Assembly (NCBI GenBank): GCA_044376655.1
Contig: JBILKQ010000001.1
Span: forward strand, 1-59,341
Reading direction: 5' to 3'
DNA: 59,341 nucleotides
Source: Silvanigrellaceae bacterium
Lineage (GTDB): Bacteria; Bdellovibrionota_B; Oligoflexia; Silvanigrellales; Silvanigrellaceae
In this document: in pieces, positions 18,452 through 27,090 of the stretch
Layout of the letters: the number at the start of each line of letters is the position of its first letter
Numbering within the stretch: the stretch's first letter is position 1
Notes under the pieces: model-generated
Told to the model about the DNA's origin: nothing
Seen by the model: only the letters and a program-made list of their open reading frames with translations
Databases searched by the model: none
Program-made: the position numbers and the translations under genes

Positions 18452-19669
18452 ATGTTCCACAGAACCCAAGTCTTTCAATCATCGCAGCCTGAAGTTACGT
18501 ACTTTACCTCTGAAAGTGTGTCTGAAGGACATCCTGACAAGGTTGCGGATCAGGTTTCTGATGCCATCCTCGACGAACTCCTTAAGTATGACCCACATGC
18601 TCGTGTTGCATGTGAAACTCTCGTTAAAACTGGACTCGTGGTTATTGCAGGCGAAATCACAACCAGCGACGAGTGCAAAATGAAAGCGCGCAAGTACGCT
18701 GACATCGCTCGCGAGACCATCAAGGAAATTGGTTACGACGATCCCGACAATGGCTTCGATTACCGCAGCTGCGGTGTGATGGTTGCGGTTGATGCCCAGT
18801 CACACGATATCGCCGTCGGTGTGAATGAAGGCGAAGGTCTGCACAAAGAGATGGGTGCTGGCGACCAGGGTATGATGTTTGGCTACGCGATCAATGAGAC
18901 TCCAGAGCTCATGCCAGCAACTCTTCAGTATGCTCAGAACATCCTGCGCAAGCTGGCTGACAAGCGTAAGGTTGAGAAGGTTCCCTTCCTGCGCCCGGAT
19001 GCAAAATCCCAGGTCACTGTTGAGTATCATAATGGCGTTATCAAACGTGTTGACACTGTTGTTGTTAGCACGATGCATACTCCTGACGTTTCGCTCGAAA
19101 AGCTTCACACTTTCGTTGTTGAAGAGGTCATCAAGAAGACCATTCCTGCACATTTGCTCGACAGCAAAACCCGCTACTTCATTAACCCCACAGGTCGTTT
19201 CGTGACTGGTGGACCTCAGGGTGACTGCGGTCTCACTGGCCGCAAGATCATCGTTGATACCTATGGCGGCCATGGCGCTCACGGCGGTGGTGCATTCTCC
19301 GGCAAGGACCCGAGCAAGGTCGACCGTTCGGCAGCTTACCTCGGACGCTACATTGCCAAGAATATCGTTGCAGCTGGTTTGGCCGATCGTGCGCTGGTGC
19401 AAATTGCCTACGCAATTGGCGTTGCAGAGCCCGTCAGTGTCAATGTTCAGACGTTTGGCACAGAGAAGGTTTCCCGCACCCGTATCGAGACTGCTGTACG
19501 CGAAACTTTCCGCATGAAACCCGCAGATATTATCGCGCAGTTCGACCTCAAGCACCCATCGCGCAACGGTTTCAGTTACCGTGAAACCGCAGCATACGGC
19601 CACTTCGGTCGTTCTCAGTTCCCCTGGGAGAAGCTCGACAAGGTTGAGGCACTCAAGCAATATCTTTGA
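18452..19669 (+). CDS. metK: S-adenosylmethionine synthetase
   Basis: [83 protein letters not shown]. Confidence 0.95.
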   Translation: MFHRTQVFQSSQPEVTYFTSESVSEGHPDKVADQVSDAILDELLKYDPHARVACETLVKTGLVVIAGEITTSDECKMKARKYADIARETIKEIGYDDPDNGFDYRSCGVMVAVDAQSHDIAVGVNEGEGLHKEMGAGDQGMMFGYAINETPELMPATLQYAQNILRKLADKRKVEKVPFLRPDAKSQVTVEYHNGVIKRVDTVVVSTMHTPDVSLEKLHTFVVEEVIKKTIPAHLLDSKTRYFINPTGRFVTGGPQGDCGLTGRKIIVDTYGGHGAHGGGAFSGKDPSKVDRSAAYLGRYIAKNIVAAGLADRALVQIAYAIGVAEPVSVNVQTFGTEKVSRTRIETAVRETFRMKPADIIAQFDLKHPSRNGFSYRETAAYGHFGRSQFPWEKLDKVEALKQYL

Positions 19670-19693
19670 TCTCTGCTAAAGGAGAACAAAGAT

Positions 19694-20554
19694 ATGGCCT
19701 CTCGCTCGATTGCAAGCTTCGTGATTGTTGGTTGTTGTTTGGCGATTTCTCACCTGAGTCCTGTGCGCATTTTTCAGAGCGAGGCGTTTGCTGCGCCTGC
19801 GACTCCCGCGCTTCAGGGCACCACTGGCAACACGGCCGCGCCGGCATCTAGTCCCGCGGCCAGCCCCGCTCCTCTCGTGTTCGAACCGACCGTCAAGTCT
19901 CTTGATGCGATCTGGGCTGCTCGCCACGAAGTTCATCCACAGATCGTCGATTTTCTGAAGAAGAAACATACCCTTCAGGATAATTACGAGGTTCTCTGGA
20001 GAATGTCGCGAATGGCTTATTACGGCGGATTTTTTGCTCTGCCAAAAGACGCCACGAGTGAAGACAAACAGGCGATCTTTCTGGTGGGAAGCGAGGCCGG
20101 AGACAAGGCCCGCAAGCTCGACCCTTCTCGTGTTGAGGGGCACTACTGGTATGCCGTGACCCTCGGTGGATGGGGCATTGCAAAGGGAATTCTGAAGGCT
20201 TTGAATTCTGCTGGGCCCATGAAGGACGCCTTGAGTGAGGCCATCAAAATCGACCCTAAATATCATTATGCGGGCCCGTACCGCATTCGTGGTCGGCTCT
20301 ATAACAAAATCCCAGGCATGATTTCCTTTGGCGACAATCAAAAGGCCGCTGAAGACTTGCGCAAAGCAATTTCCCTCGCGCCTGAGAGCAAGCTGAATCA
20401 TGTCTACATGGCCGAGGTTCAGGCCAAGATTCAATCCAAGGCGGAGGCACTCAAGACTCTTGAGTATGCAAGATCCTTGCCCGATGTGGTTGGAGTTGCC
20501 GAAGAGGCAGCGTATCGTAGAGATATTTCTGAGTTGGAGAACAAGTTTCGTTAA
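19694..20554 (+). CDS. hypothetical secreted alpha-helical repeat (TPR-like) protein
   Basis: AAGGAG SD 8 nt upstream of ATG 19694. Signal peptide MASRSIASFVIVGCCLAISHLSPVRIFQSEAFA, followed by a helical-repeat-like body. The 299-aa ORF on the opposite strand is a codon-aligned shadow. Confidence 0.65.
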   Translation: MASRSIASFVIVGCCLAISHLSPVRIFQSEAFAAPATPALQGTTGNTAAPASSPAASPAPLVFEPTVKSLDAIWAARHEVHPQIVDFLKKKHTLQDNYEVLWRMSRMAYYGGFFALPKDATSEDKQAIFLVGSEAGDKARKLDPSRVEGHYWYAVTLGGWGIAKGILKALNSAGPMKDALSEAIKIDPKYHYAGPYRIRGRLYNKIPGMISFGDNQKAAEDLRKAISLAPESKLNHVYMAEVQAKIQSKAEALKTLEYARSLPDVVGVAEEAAYRRDISELENKFR

Positions 20555-20574
20555 GAACTCAAGTGAGGATTTCA

Positions 20575-21678
20575 ATGTCGAAAAGTAAGGTTTTGATAGG
20601 CGCAGCGTTTGTCCTGGGTGGTTTGCTGGGACTTGTTCCCCTGTTCACACTCGACAAAGATCGTCTTGCGGGACGTGCTTCGTTCGCCTCCCAAGGTGGA
20701 AATGAGGCTGTTGCATCACCTGTCTCCGGTGACTCCGGGATTCTTGGTTCCTTTGGTGGAACACAAGTACAGATCAGCACACTGAACGGCAGTGAAGGGC
20801 AGAAACTCTATGAAGCCGAGATGCAAGTCTACACAGCGGCTGAGCAGATCCTCATGCAGCGTTATGTGATGGACTACTTTGAAAAGATGAAGGTCGAGCG
20901 CAAGCTCGCATCTGCAGAAGAGGCTCAGGCGGCGTACTTTGCAGAAAAAGTTAAAATCTCTGACGCCGAAGTGAAGAGCTTTCTCGAGGAGAACAAAGAC
21001 AATCCTGCGCTTCAACGAATCCCTGAAGACCAACGCGCACCTCAAGTGAAAAACTATCTTGAGGGTCGTGCGCGCGAAGGCGTGTTCCGTGAGCTCGTAG
21101 ATGAAGCAAAAGCAACCGGTGCCATTCGTGTTGCTGTGCGCAAACCGAAGGAGCCGAAGCTCGACGTTGATGATGGGGGCAACTATTTCGTCGGACCTAA
21201 GGATGCCAAGGTCACGATTGTAGAATTTGCGGACTTCCAGTGTCCATTCTGTGCCCGCATGGTGCCTACGCTGAATCGCATTATTGAAAAATATAAAGGC
21301 AAGGTGCGTTGGGTGTACCGTGACTTCCCTCTCCGTGAGATCCATCCCGAAGCCCTGCCAGCGGCAGTTGCAGCAAATTGTGCTGGCGCACAGGGAAAAT
21401 ATTTCGAAATGCATCACGCGCTGTTTGAAAACTATCAAACGCTTGGCGCCCCGCTTTATAAGGACCTGGCAGGTAAAATTGGTCTCGATTCTGCCAAGTT
21501 TGAGGAATGCATGAAAGATCCGAAGATGGAGAACGAGGTATTGAAGGATGCTCAGGAAGGGCAAAACCTCGGAATCAACGGAACGCCGGCTTACTTTGTG
21601 AATGGTCGAAAGCTGGGTGGCGCGGTCAATGAAGCCGAGTTCTCGCGTTTGATCGAGGAAGAACTGGCCAAAAATTAA
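20575..21678 (+). CDS. DsbA-family thiol:disulfide oxidoreductase with an N-terminal chaperone-like extension
   Basis: Thioredoxin-fold active site FADFQCPFCARM. Membrane anchor or signal MSKSKVLIGAAFVLGGLLGLV. GAGGA SD 7 nt upstream of ATG 20575. Confidence 0.8.
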   Translation: MSKSKVLIGAAFVLGGLLGLVPLFTLDKDRLAGRASFASQGGNEAVASPVSGDSGILGSFGGTQVQISTLNGSEGQKLYEAEMQVYTAAEQILMQRYVMDYFEKMKVERKLASAEEAQAAYFAEKVKISDAEVKSFLEENKDNPALQRIPEDQRAPQVKNYLEGRAREGVFRELVDEAKATGAIRVAVRKPKEPKLDVDDGGNYFVGPKDAKVTIVEFADFQCPFCARMVPTLNRIIEKYKGKVRWVYRDFPLREIHPEALPAAVAANCAGAQGKYFEMHHALFENYQTLGAPLYKDLAGKIGLDSAKFEECMKDPKMENEVLKDAQEGQNLGINGTPAYFVNGRKLGGAVNEAEFSRLIEEELAKN

Positions 21679-21705
21679 TCCGGCAACGACGGAGTAAGTG
21701 TCTGC

Positions 21706-22203
21706 ATGTTTGGTGTGGGTGGTGGAGAAATTCTGGTCATTGCGCTTGTTGCGTTGATTCTTTTTGGCACAGATGATTTGCCAAAGAACATGCGCAAGTT
21801 CATGAAGGCCTGGAATGACTTTCGCGGTGCCACCAACGATCTCCAGCGCAGTTGGTTGGACGTTCGTGACCAGGTCACCCGGGATATTCTTACGGAGCAG
21901 CGTCCGCCTCAGCCCCCGGCAGCCGACCAAAATGCTTCGCTCCCGGGTGAATCAGCCGATGCGCAACTTCAAAGCACATCAGAGCACACATCCTCGGCCC
22001 CTGTAGAAGGCGCCGAGGCGTCTGTTCCTCAGGTAGAGTCGCTCACCGAAAATACGATCTTTGATTCCTCTGCTCAGGAAGAGAATTCACCCCCGCTAGT
22101 ACGTCCTGCTCAGGGGGCGTTGGCCAGAGGCCAGCTGAACGAAGTTCCGACGAAGGAAGCCGTGGCCGCTACCTCAGCGCAGGATCCTGATAAATCCACT
22201 TAA
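21706..22203 (+). CDS. twin-arginine translocase TatA/TatB-family protein (TatB-like length)
   Basis: MFGVGGGEILVIALVALILFGTDDLPKNMRKF: the canonical Tat TM helix, FG hinge and amphipathic helix. It is followed by an acidic/Pro-rich tail. Confidence 0.8.
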   Translation: MFGVGGGEILVIALVALILFGTDDLPKNMRKFMKAWNDFRGATNDLQRSWLDVRDQVTRDILTEQRPPQPPAADQNASLPGESADAQLQSTSEHTSSAPVEGAEASVPQVESLTENTIFDSSAQEENSPPLVRPAQGALARGQLNEVPTKEAVAATSAQDPDKST

Positions 22204-24709
22204 TATTGTAGTAGTTGCGCAACACTCTTTGCACATAGGTTTTTGTCTCGGCAAACGGGATGAACTCGATGAAAAAAGGCACATCGGCGATCTTCTGCCG
22301 GCGCGCAATCCATTTGTCGACGGCGGCTTCTCCGGCGTTGTATGCAGCGATGGCATGGGCGAGATTGTTCTGATAGCGCACAAGTAAGTCTCGCAAATAG
22401 CACGCACCTGCAAGCGTGTTCGTTGCCGGATCAGTGAGGTCTATCTTCTGTCCGTTTTGGAACTCGGGCATTTGCTTTAATATTCTCTGAGCAGTTGTGG
22501 GCATAAGTTGCATAAGACCAACCGCACCCACAGGGCTTTTCACTGAGGCTTGAAACAGGCTCTCTTGGCGGGCGACAGAATAAAGAACATCGATATCCAC
22601 GGAGCATCGGTTTGCCGCAGCCTGAAATTCATTGATGAAAGGGCGCGGATAAAAAATGAAATATAGAAATGGAAGATAGTCTGTATCCCAGCCGATTGAA
22701 TCGCGTAGGCGACCTACGAACAAAATCGAATTGGGATAGTCCCCAAGCGCATGGGAGAGCCAGGCAATTTGGTGAGCTCGTGGTAGGACCTCGGTATAGA
22801 GTGTGTTGAGCCGTGTGAATGAGTTTCTCAGACTCGTAGTTTCGGCTCTTAAAAGATGCGGAAGAAGTTCGTCACTCTTGCGCAGTTTGGCCAAAAAATC
22901 ATCCTGGCTCAGGTCGGGCTCAGCAGCTCGAAGTGTTGCTAGGATCAACAACGCACTTTCCAGTGAGAGATCGAACTGCTGCTGAGAGAGCGCGAGCTCT
23001 TTGGCAACATCAGATTTCGGATTTTCTCCTGTTCGTGGTGTGACCGAAGTTAGAATCCGTAGCGGCTTGTCTTTTGGAATCAGCATCCAGGCGTCGTGCA
23101 CATCACGCCAGCTATTGACGAAGGCGCGCTTGGCGTCGGTCGAGGCTCGACCTGATTCCCGGGCGAGAATTTGCCCTGAGAAAATGTCATAGATGCTCAG
23201 AGGATCGGTGCGTCCCGAAGATAGGAAAGAGTTCTCACTGACTGCAACATCATTTCGAGCCTTTGATGTTCGTCCCATCCAGTAGAACGCCATAGCTCGA
23301 GTGAAATTGTCAGTGGTAGAAGAGATAACCTTCTCGAATTCCTTCTGTGAGTTGGAGAAATCGCCCTCAAGGAAATGCATCAGGCCTTTTCGTGTACCCA
23401 ACCAGTCTGGAAACTCATCGAGCTCATGGCTGTGGGATTGTTTTTCAAGTGCATTTAGAAAGGCGAGATTCTCGGAAGGATTCAACATTTCGAATCCAAC
23501 ACGACCTATCAAGATTTTCGCAGCATCAACGTAATGCTCCCAGGATTGCAATACAGTTGCCTCGTTGAGCGCGAGTCTTGCAGAATGAAAGGCCTGAGGA
23601 TTTTCGTTTTGTTCCCACTGGAGTCGCGCGAGCCACAGACGAGCATCGAGTTTGAAAGAATCAAATTGCTCCTTGTCGAACCCGAAATGCTCGGGCCGGC
23701 AACTATGTTGTTCAAGCGAGGACATCAATTGAGCTTGCCATTGGGCAAAAGTTTTTCGGTCTTGCTGAATGCGAAAAACCTGTGCTGAAACATATTGTGC
23801 GAAAATGTAATCAGCTGGGCAGGCCGCCTTATTTTTGGTGTTGGCTGTCGGTTTGGGAGGTTTTTGTCCAAGTACTTTTCTTGCCAGGGGGGCTGCGATA
23901 TCCCACTGTCTGTTGTCAACAAGTGCTCTGAGTTTCAGTACCTTGTCCAGAGAAGTTTCTTTGGAGGATTGCGAATCCTCCACAATGATCTCTTTTTTAC
24001 GTGGAAGTGATTGATTCCAGATACCTCTGAGCCATGTGGGAACGTTGAGGCCTTCGCGTCGGAAATGGGCCTCCGCGAGCAACCGGGTGCGATATCCATT
24101 GACCCCGAGCAAGTTTGGCTCTTCGCGTGCAAGCACTTCCCAGCCCGAAGATTTACAAGCTACTGAGCACTGCAAATTCTGAAAAGAGTTGAATTCTCCT
24201 CGTGGGTCGCGCGCAGCGGGTTCGGCTCCAGGGCTCGGTTCTTCGAGATTGAGAGTGAGCACATCAGCTAGAGCGATCTTCCGCAGCGCAGAGACGTACA
24301 TTTCGGTGGATAGATTCGGCGTTGAGAGCACGACCTTGCCCAGTTCTCTAGCTTGCGTTGGCCGCTGCTCACGGATCTCCCGCTGCGAAAGCAGAAGAGC
24401 GCGCAGTGAAACAAGAGTCTGTTTGTGGGTGTCTGAAAGCTCGCGTCCCAAGAGTGCACTGATGCGGCGGCCATGATCTGATTTTTCGAAATCCTCAGTC
24501 GTAGTCAGTGAATCTGGGAGTCGTTGAATCAGTTGTTCGGAAAGTTTGGTTTCGGGTGAGCTTTGGCTTCTGCTTGCAGCGGGTGTTCCATCCTTGTCGG
24601 AGTCACCGGAGGTGCTGCTGACGCACGAAGCAAGCACGAGTGCCAGCGCAAAAAGTGGCGCTGGCACTTGAGTACGGGCTGCAGCTGTGGAGAAAGTGCA
24701 ACCTGCCAT
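22169..24709 (-). CDS. soluble lytic murein transglycosylase (Slt70-like) lipoprotein, 846 aa
   Basis: C-terminal SLT domain ESLFQASVKSPVGAVGLMQLMPTTA ... AYNAG. Long helical N-terminal region. Canonical lipobox LVLASC. Confidence 0.85.
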   Translation of the reverse strand: MAGCTFSTAAARTQVPAPLFALALVLASCVSSTSGDSDKDGTPAASRSQSSPETKLSEQLIQRLPDSLTTTEDFEKSDHGRRISALLGRELSDTHKQTLVSLRALLLSQREIREQRPTQARELGKVVLSTPNLSTEMYVSALRKIALADVLTLNLEEPSPGAEPAARDPRGEFNSFQNLQCSVACKSSGWEVLAREEPNLLGVNGYRTRLLAEAHFRREGLNVPTWLRGIWNQSLPRKKEIIVEDSQSSKETSLDKVLKLRALVDNRQWDIAAPLARKVLGQKPPKPTANTKNKAACPADYIFAQYVSAQVFRIQQDRKTFAQWQAQLMSSLEQHSCRPEHFGFDKEQFDSFKLDARLWLARLQWEQNENPQAFHSARLALNEATVLQSWEHYVDAAKILIGRVGFEMLNPSENLAFLNALEKQSHSHELDEFPDWLGTRKGLMHFLEGDFSNSQKEFEKVISSTTDNFTRAMAFYWMGRTSKARNDVAVSENSFLSSGRTDPLSIYDIFSGQILARESGRASTDAKRAFVNSWRDVHDAWMLIPKDKPLRILTSVTPRTGENPKSDVAKELALSQQQFDLSLESALLILATLRAAEPDLSQDDFLAKLRKSDELLPHLLRAETTSLRNSFTRLNTLYTEVLPRAHQIAWLSHALGDYPNSILFVGRLRDSIGWDTDYLPFLYFIFYPRPFINEFQAAANRCSVDIDVLYSVARQESLFQASVKSPVGAVGLMQLMPTTAQRILKQMPEFQNGQKIDLTDPATNTLAGACYLRDLLVRYQNNLAHAIAAYNAGEAAVDKWIARRQKIADVPFFIEFIPFAETKTYVQRVLRNYYNIKWIYQDPALR

Positions 24710-24712
24710 TTG

Positions 24713-25015
24713 TTAGGCTTTTGCTGCGCCCGCTTTGGAAAGAATTGTGTCCACAAAACTTTCAACCTTGCCAACAAACGGTTTGTGCAAGAAGGCGATA
24801 TCGCGTTTTGTTTCTACAAACTTAACATCAGAGCCATTTGATTGAAGGGTCAGCTTAAATTCACTTTTGCCACCTTTGTCGATACGTACCAACATGGTGT
24901 CTTGCTCCCAAGAAATGTCTGCAAAAGAAGGTACGCCTGCCGCTTGGAGCTCGCGTTGGAGAGTTGCTTTGGCATCGCCTGTGTTTGTATTTCTGAAAGT
25001 CCAGCACATTCCCAT
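24713..25015 (-). CDS. hypothetical protein (100 aa); weak resemblance to small PHA-granule-region proteins
   Basis: AAAGGG SD 7-8 nt upstream of ATG 25015. Its stop is 3 nt from the slt start. The pattern ...W..D.L.......G......L......V.V......F...PF.G.VE..V is only loosely PHA_gran_rgn-like. Confidence 0.5.
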   Translation of the reverse strand: MGMCWTFRNTNTGDAKATLQRELQAAGVPSFADISWEQDTMLVRIDKGGKSEFKLTLQSNGSDVKFVETKRDIAFLHKPFVGKVESFVDTILSKAGAAKA

Positions 25016-25074
25016 GATTTGGCCCTTTATCTGATATCTGCAAAGATAGCAGTTCAACTCAATTCAGGCAAAAA

Positions 25075-26049
25075 TCAGAATCCTAGAAGTTTGAGTTTTT
25101 CGAGCGCTTCGACCAGCTCGGGAGTCAATTGATCCTCGGTTGGTGATTGCACAACAAGCCGAGCGTAGAGGTCTCCTCGGTCTTGCCCACCCTCTTTCAC
25201 AAAACCAAGCCCCTTAAGCCTGATCTTCACGCCACTCTTCATCCCAGCCTTCAGATGTGTTCGTTTGGGGCCTTGTGGCGTGTTGATGTTGATTGGCCCG
25301 CCGAGGGAAAGCGTTGTGAATGGAATTTGCGCTTCGCATTCCACATCGGCACCGGTTCGGTGGAAGTCGGGGTGTTCGCTCATTTTGACTTTGAGGTAGA
25401 GGTCGCCTCTTTGTCCGTTCGGCTTCGTCGCACCCTGGCCCTTGAGGCGTAATAGTTTGCCATCTTCCACGCCTGCTGGAATTTTAATGCGTGCGTTTAC
25501 ACTTTCGCCCGTGGTCAGACGAAAAACCACTTGGCGCTCGCCTCCGTTGTAGACGTCCATGAAGCCAACGTCGAGTTCCCGTTCGACATCATAAGAGCTG
25601 TCATCCGCAAACGGGCTGTCGTAGCCAGGCGGCGAACGAAATCCGCCTCCACTGGGTCGATAGTTGCGCTGGCCGCGGAATGCACCGCCACGCCCTTGTG
25701 CACCACCCATTCCGCCCATTCCACCCACGCCTCCGAACATAGTTTCGAAGTCGACGTTTCCGAAACCCATCTCGCGAAAAATGCTGCTGAAGTCGGCACC
25801 TCTGAAAACGTCCTCGCGGAAGCCTCCCCCCTGCTGGAAGGCGGAATCCCCATACATGTCGTATTGACGTTTTTTGTCTTTGTCGGAAAGCACAGCGTAA
25901 GCTTCCGAGATTTGTTTGAATTTTTCCTCGGCCTGCTTGTTGCCGGGGTTGCGGTCGGGGTGGAACTTCATCGCAAGCTTACGATAAGCTTTTTTGATTT
26001 CGTCTTCGGACGCAGTTTTGTTTACGCCAAGCAAATCGTAGTAATTCAT
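25075..26049 (-). CDS. cbpA: CbpA-like J-domain co-chaperone (DnaJ class II, no zinc finger)
   Basis: J domain [34 protein letters not shown]. Gly/Phe-rich linker and DnaJ C-terminal domains, with no CxxCxGxG repeats. GGGAG SD 7 nt upstream of ATG 26049. Confidence 0.8.
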   Translation of the reverse strand: MNYYDLLGVNKTASEDEIKKAYRKLAMKFHPDRNPGNKQAEEKFKQISEAYAVLSDKDKKRQYDMYGDSAFQQGGGFREDVFRGADFSSIFREMGFGNVDFETMFGGVGGMGGMGGAQGRGGAFRGQRNYRPSGGGFRSPPGYDSPFADDSSYDVERELDVGFMDVYNGGERQVVFRLTTGESVNARIKIPAGVEDGKLLRLKGQGATKPNGQRGDLYLKVKMSEHPDFHRTGADVECEAQIPFTTLSLGGPININTPQGPKRTHLKAGMKSGVKIRLKGLGFVKEGGQDRGDLYARLVVQSPTEDQLTPELVEALEKLKLLGF

Positions 26050-26081
26050 AACGGTCTCCCCGGGCATACTGCCACGCCCTG

Positions 26082-26102
26082 GAGAATCTAATCAGGATTC
26101 TC
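26082..26102. repeat. perfect 7-bp inverted repeat GAGAATC-N7-GATTCTC upstream of the J-protein gene
   Basis: Read directly; lies 33-53 nt upstream of ATG 26049. No flanking T tract on either strand, so an operator or RNA hairpin is more likely than a terminator. Confidence 0.4.
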
Positions 26103-26132
26103 ACAATGGCAATTGCATGGGGGGAGTGGGCT

Positions 26133-26489
26133 TCAGGATTTTTTGATGAGGCCTTCTACGTAAGCAAATTCGTGCTCGGGGACCTGCTCGAGAAGCTCAT
26201 CATCCTCGAAGCCAAAGAATTCAAACCAATTGATACCCACCAGCTCGGGAACCTCGGTTGTGCGCTCTTCGCCATCTTCGGTTTCGTAATATTCAAGGGC
26301 CTTGATGATGAGTCCGGAGCCTTTCATTTCAAAATAATGGTAGCCATCTCCGTTGGTATACTGACCATCGCGTGAATCACCGGTCCAGTATTCACGACAA
26401 TGCCAGATTTCATCGGGACGACGCACCGGACGAGGTTTTGCGGCCTGGGAATGCTCCAAGGTCAGGGGCTGTGCACTTTTGAAATTCAT
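26133..26489 (-). CDS. hypothetical acidic protein (118 aa)
   Basis: GAGGA SD 8 nt upstream of ATG 26489. Trp/Tyr-rich core and acidic C-terminus (FEFFGFEDDELLEQVPEHEF). No family recognised. Confidence 0.5.
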   Translation of the reverse strand: MNFKSAQPLTLEHSQAAKPRPVRRPDEIWHCREYWTGDSRDGQYTNGDGYHYFEMKGSGLIIKALEYYETEDGEERTTEVPELVGINWFEFFGFEDDELLEQVPEHEFAYVEGLIKKS

Positions 26490-26526
26490 TCCGTTTATCC
26501 TCAAGAACATCTCGGTCGTACCTCGC

Positions 26527-27000
26527 TTATTCAAATTTTCCAAGCAGCACTTCTTCTACTGTGACGTTCGGTTTGGGCAGTGCTTTTAGGCGATTTTCCA
26601 GTTGTCCCAACTTGTGGACGATTGAATGCAACTGACGCTCGCGCTCGGGCGCACTGACCCGGTGTGCACCTGTCTGTTGGCTGAGCAGAAGCTGTCCGCG
26701 GCGGCGGACGTCCGACAGAATTGGGAGGAAAGAGCGAGCATGGCGCGAGCAGAGCGGAGGTTGAAGTGCCGCCTCAACATCAGAGACAACAACCACCGCA
26801 ATCTGTTCGAATCTTTTGAGTCTGCTGCCTCGGCCGGCGCGAGTAAAACTTAACAATGGGCGCAGCGCATTTCTCTTCTGTCGGTTGAGGTGAACCTTCA
26901 CAGAGGTCTGACAGAGAAATCCAACAAGATAGGCCAAGCACGTGGCCATAATGCCTACCATGATCATCCAGACCATGCTGATTGATGACACAGAACCCAT
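26527..27000 (-). CDS. hypothetical single-pass membrane protein (157 aa) with a C-terminal coiled-coil-like segment
   Basis: Perfect AGGAGG SD 8 nt upstream of ATG 27000. N-terminal TM MVWMIMVGIMATCLAYLVGFL. C-terminal ERERQLHSIVHKLGQLENRLKAL. Confidence 0.55.
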   Translation of the reverse strand: MGSVSSISMVWMIMVGIMATCLAYLVGFLCQTSVKVHLNRQKRNALRPLLSFTRAGRGSRLKRFEQIAVVVVSDVEAALQPPLCSRHARSFLPILSDVRRRGQLLLSQQTGAHRVSAPERERQLHSIVHKLGQLENRLKALPKPNVTVEEVLLGKFE

Positions 27001-27090
27001 CCGCAAGACCTCCTGTCTGCGCAATGAGGTTCGGTTTTCGGATGACAAACCTGAGCGAGGTCAGTCGGATTTCCAACAGTCTCGGGATTC

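Noticed and set aside
20716-21930. Very long ORFs antisense to real genes. They are: 404 aa opposite dsbA-like/tat, 369 aa opposite ahcY (54705-55814), 299 aa opposite the 19694 gene (19676-20575), 286 aa opposite metK (18800-19660), 278 aa opposite SNF2 (40134-40970), 266 aa opposite guaB (57980-58780), 249 aa opposite the VLCAD-like gene (27358-28107) and 237 aa opposite gcvT (42023-42736).
   Set aside because: I checked the frame for the dsbA-like/tat, ahcY, metK and 19694-gene cases. In each, the antisense ORF is codon-aligned with the sense gene (same coordinate modulo 3). Its stops would therefore correspond to sense codons TTA, CTA and TCA, which these genes avoid. The translations are Arg/Cys/His-rich and motif-free, while the sense strands carry unmistakable family motifs. 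I treat all eight as shadow ORFs, not overlapping genes.
24713-25015. Calling the 100-aa ORF after the J-protein gene cbpM.
   Set aside because: Its size and position match, but the sequence shows no MerR-like CbpM similarity by eye. I kept it as hypothetical and raised the positional analogy only as a finding.
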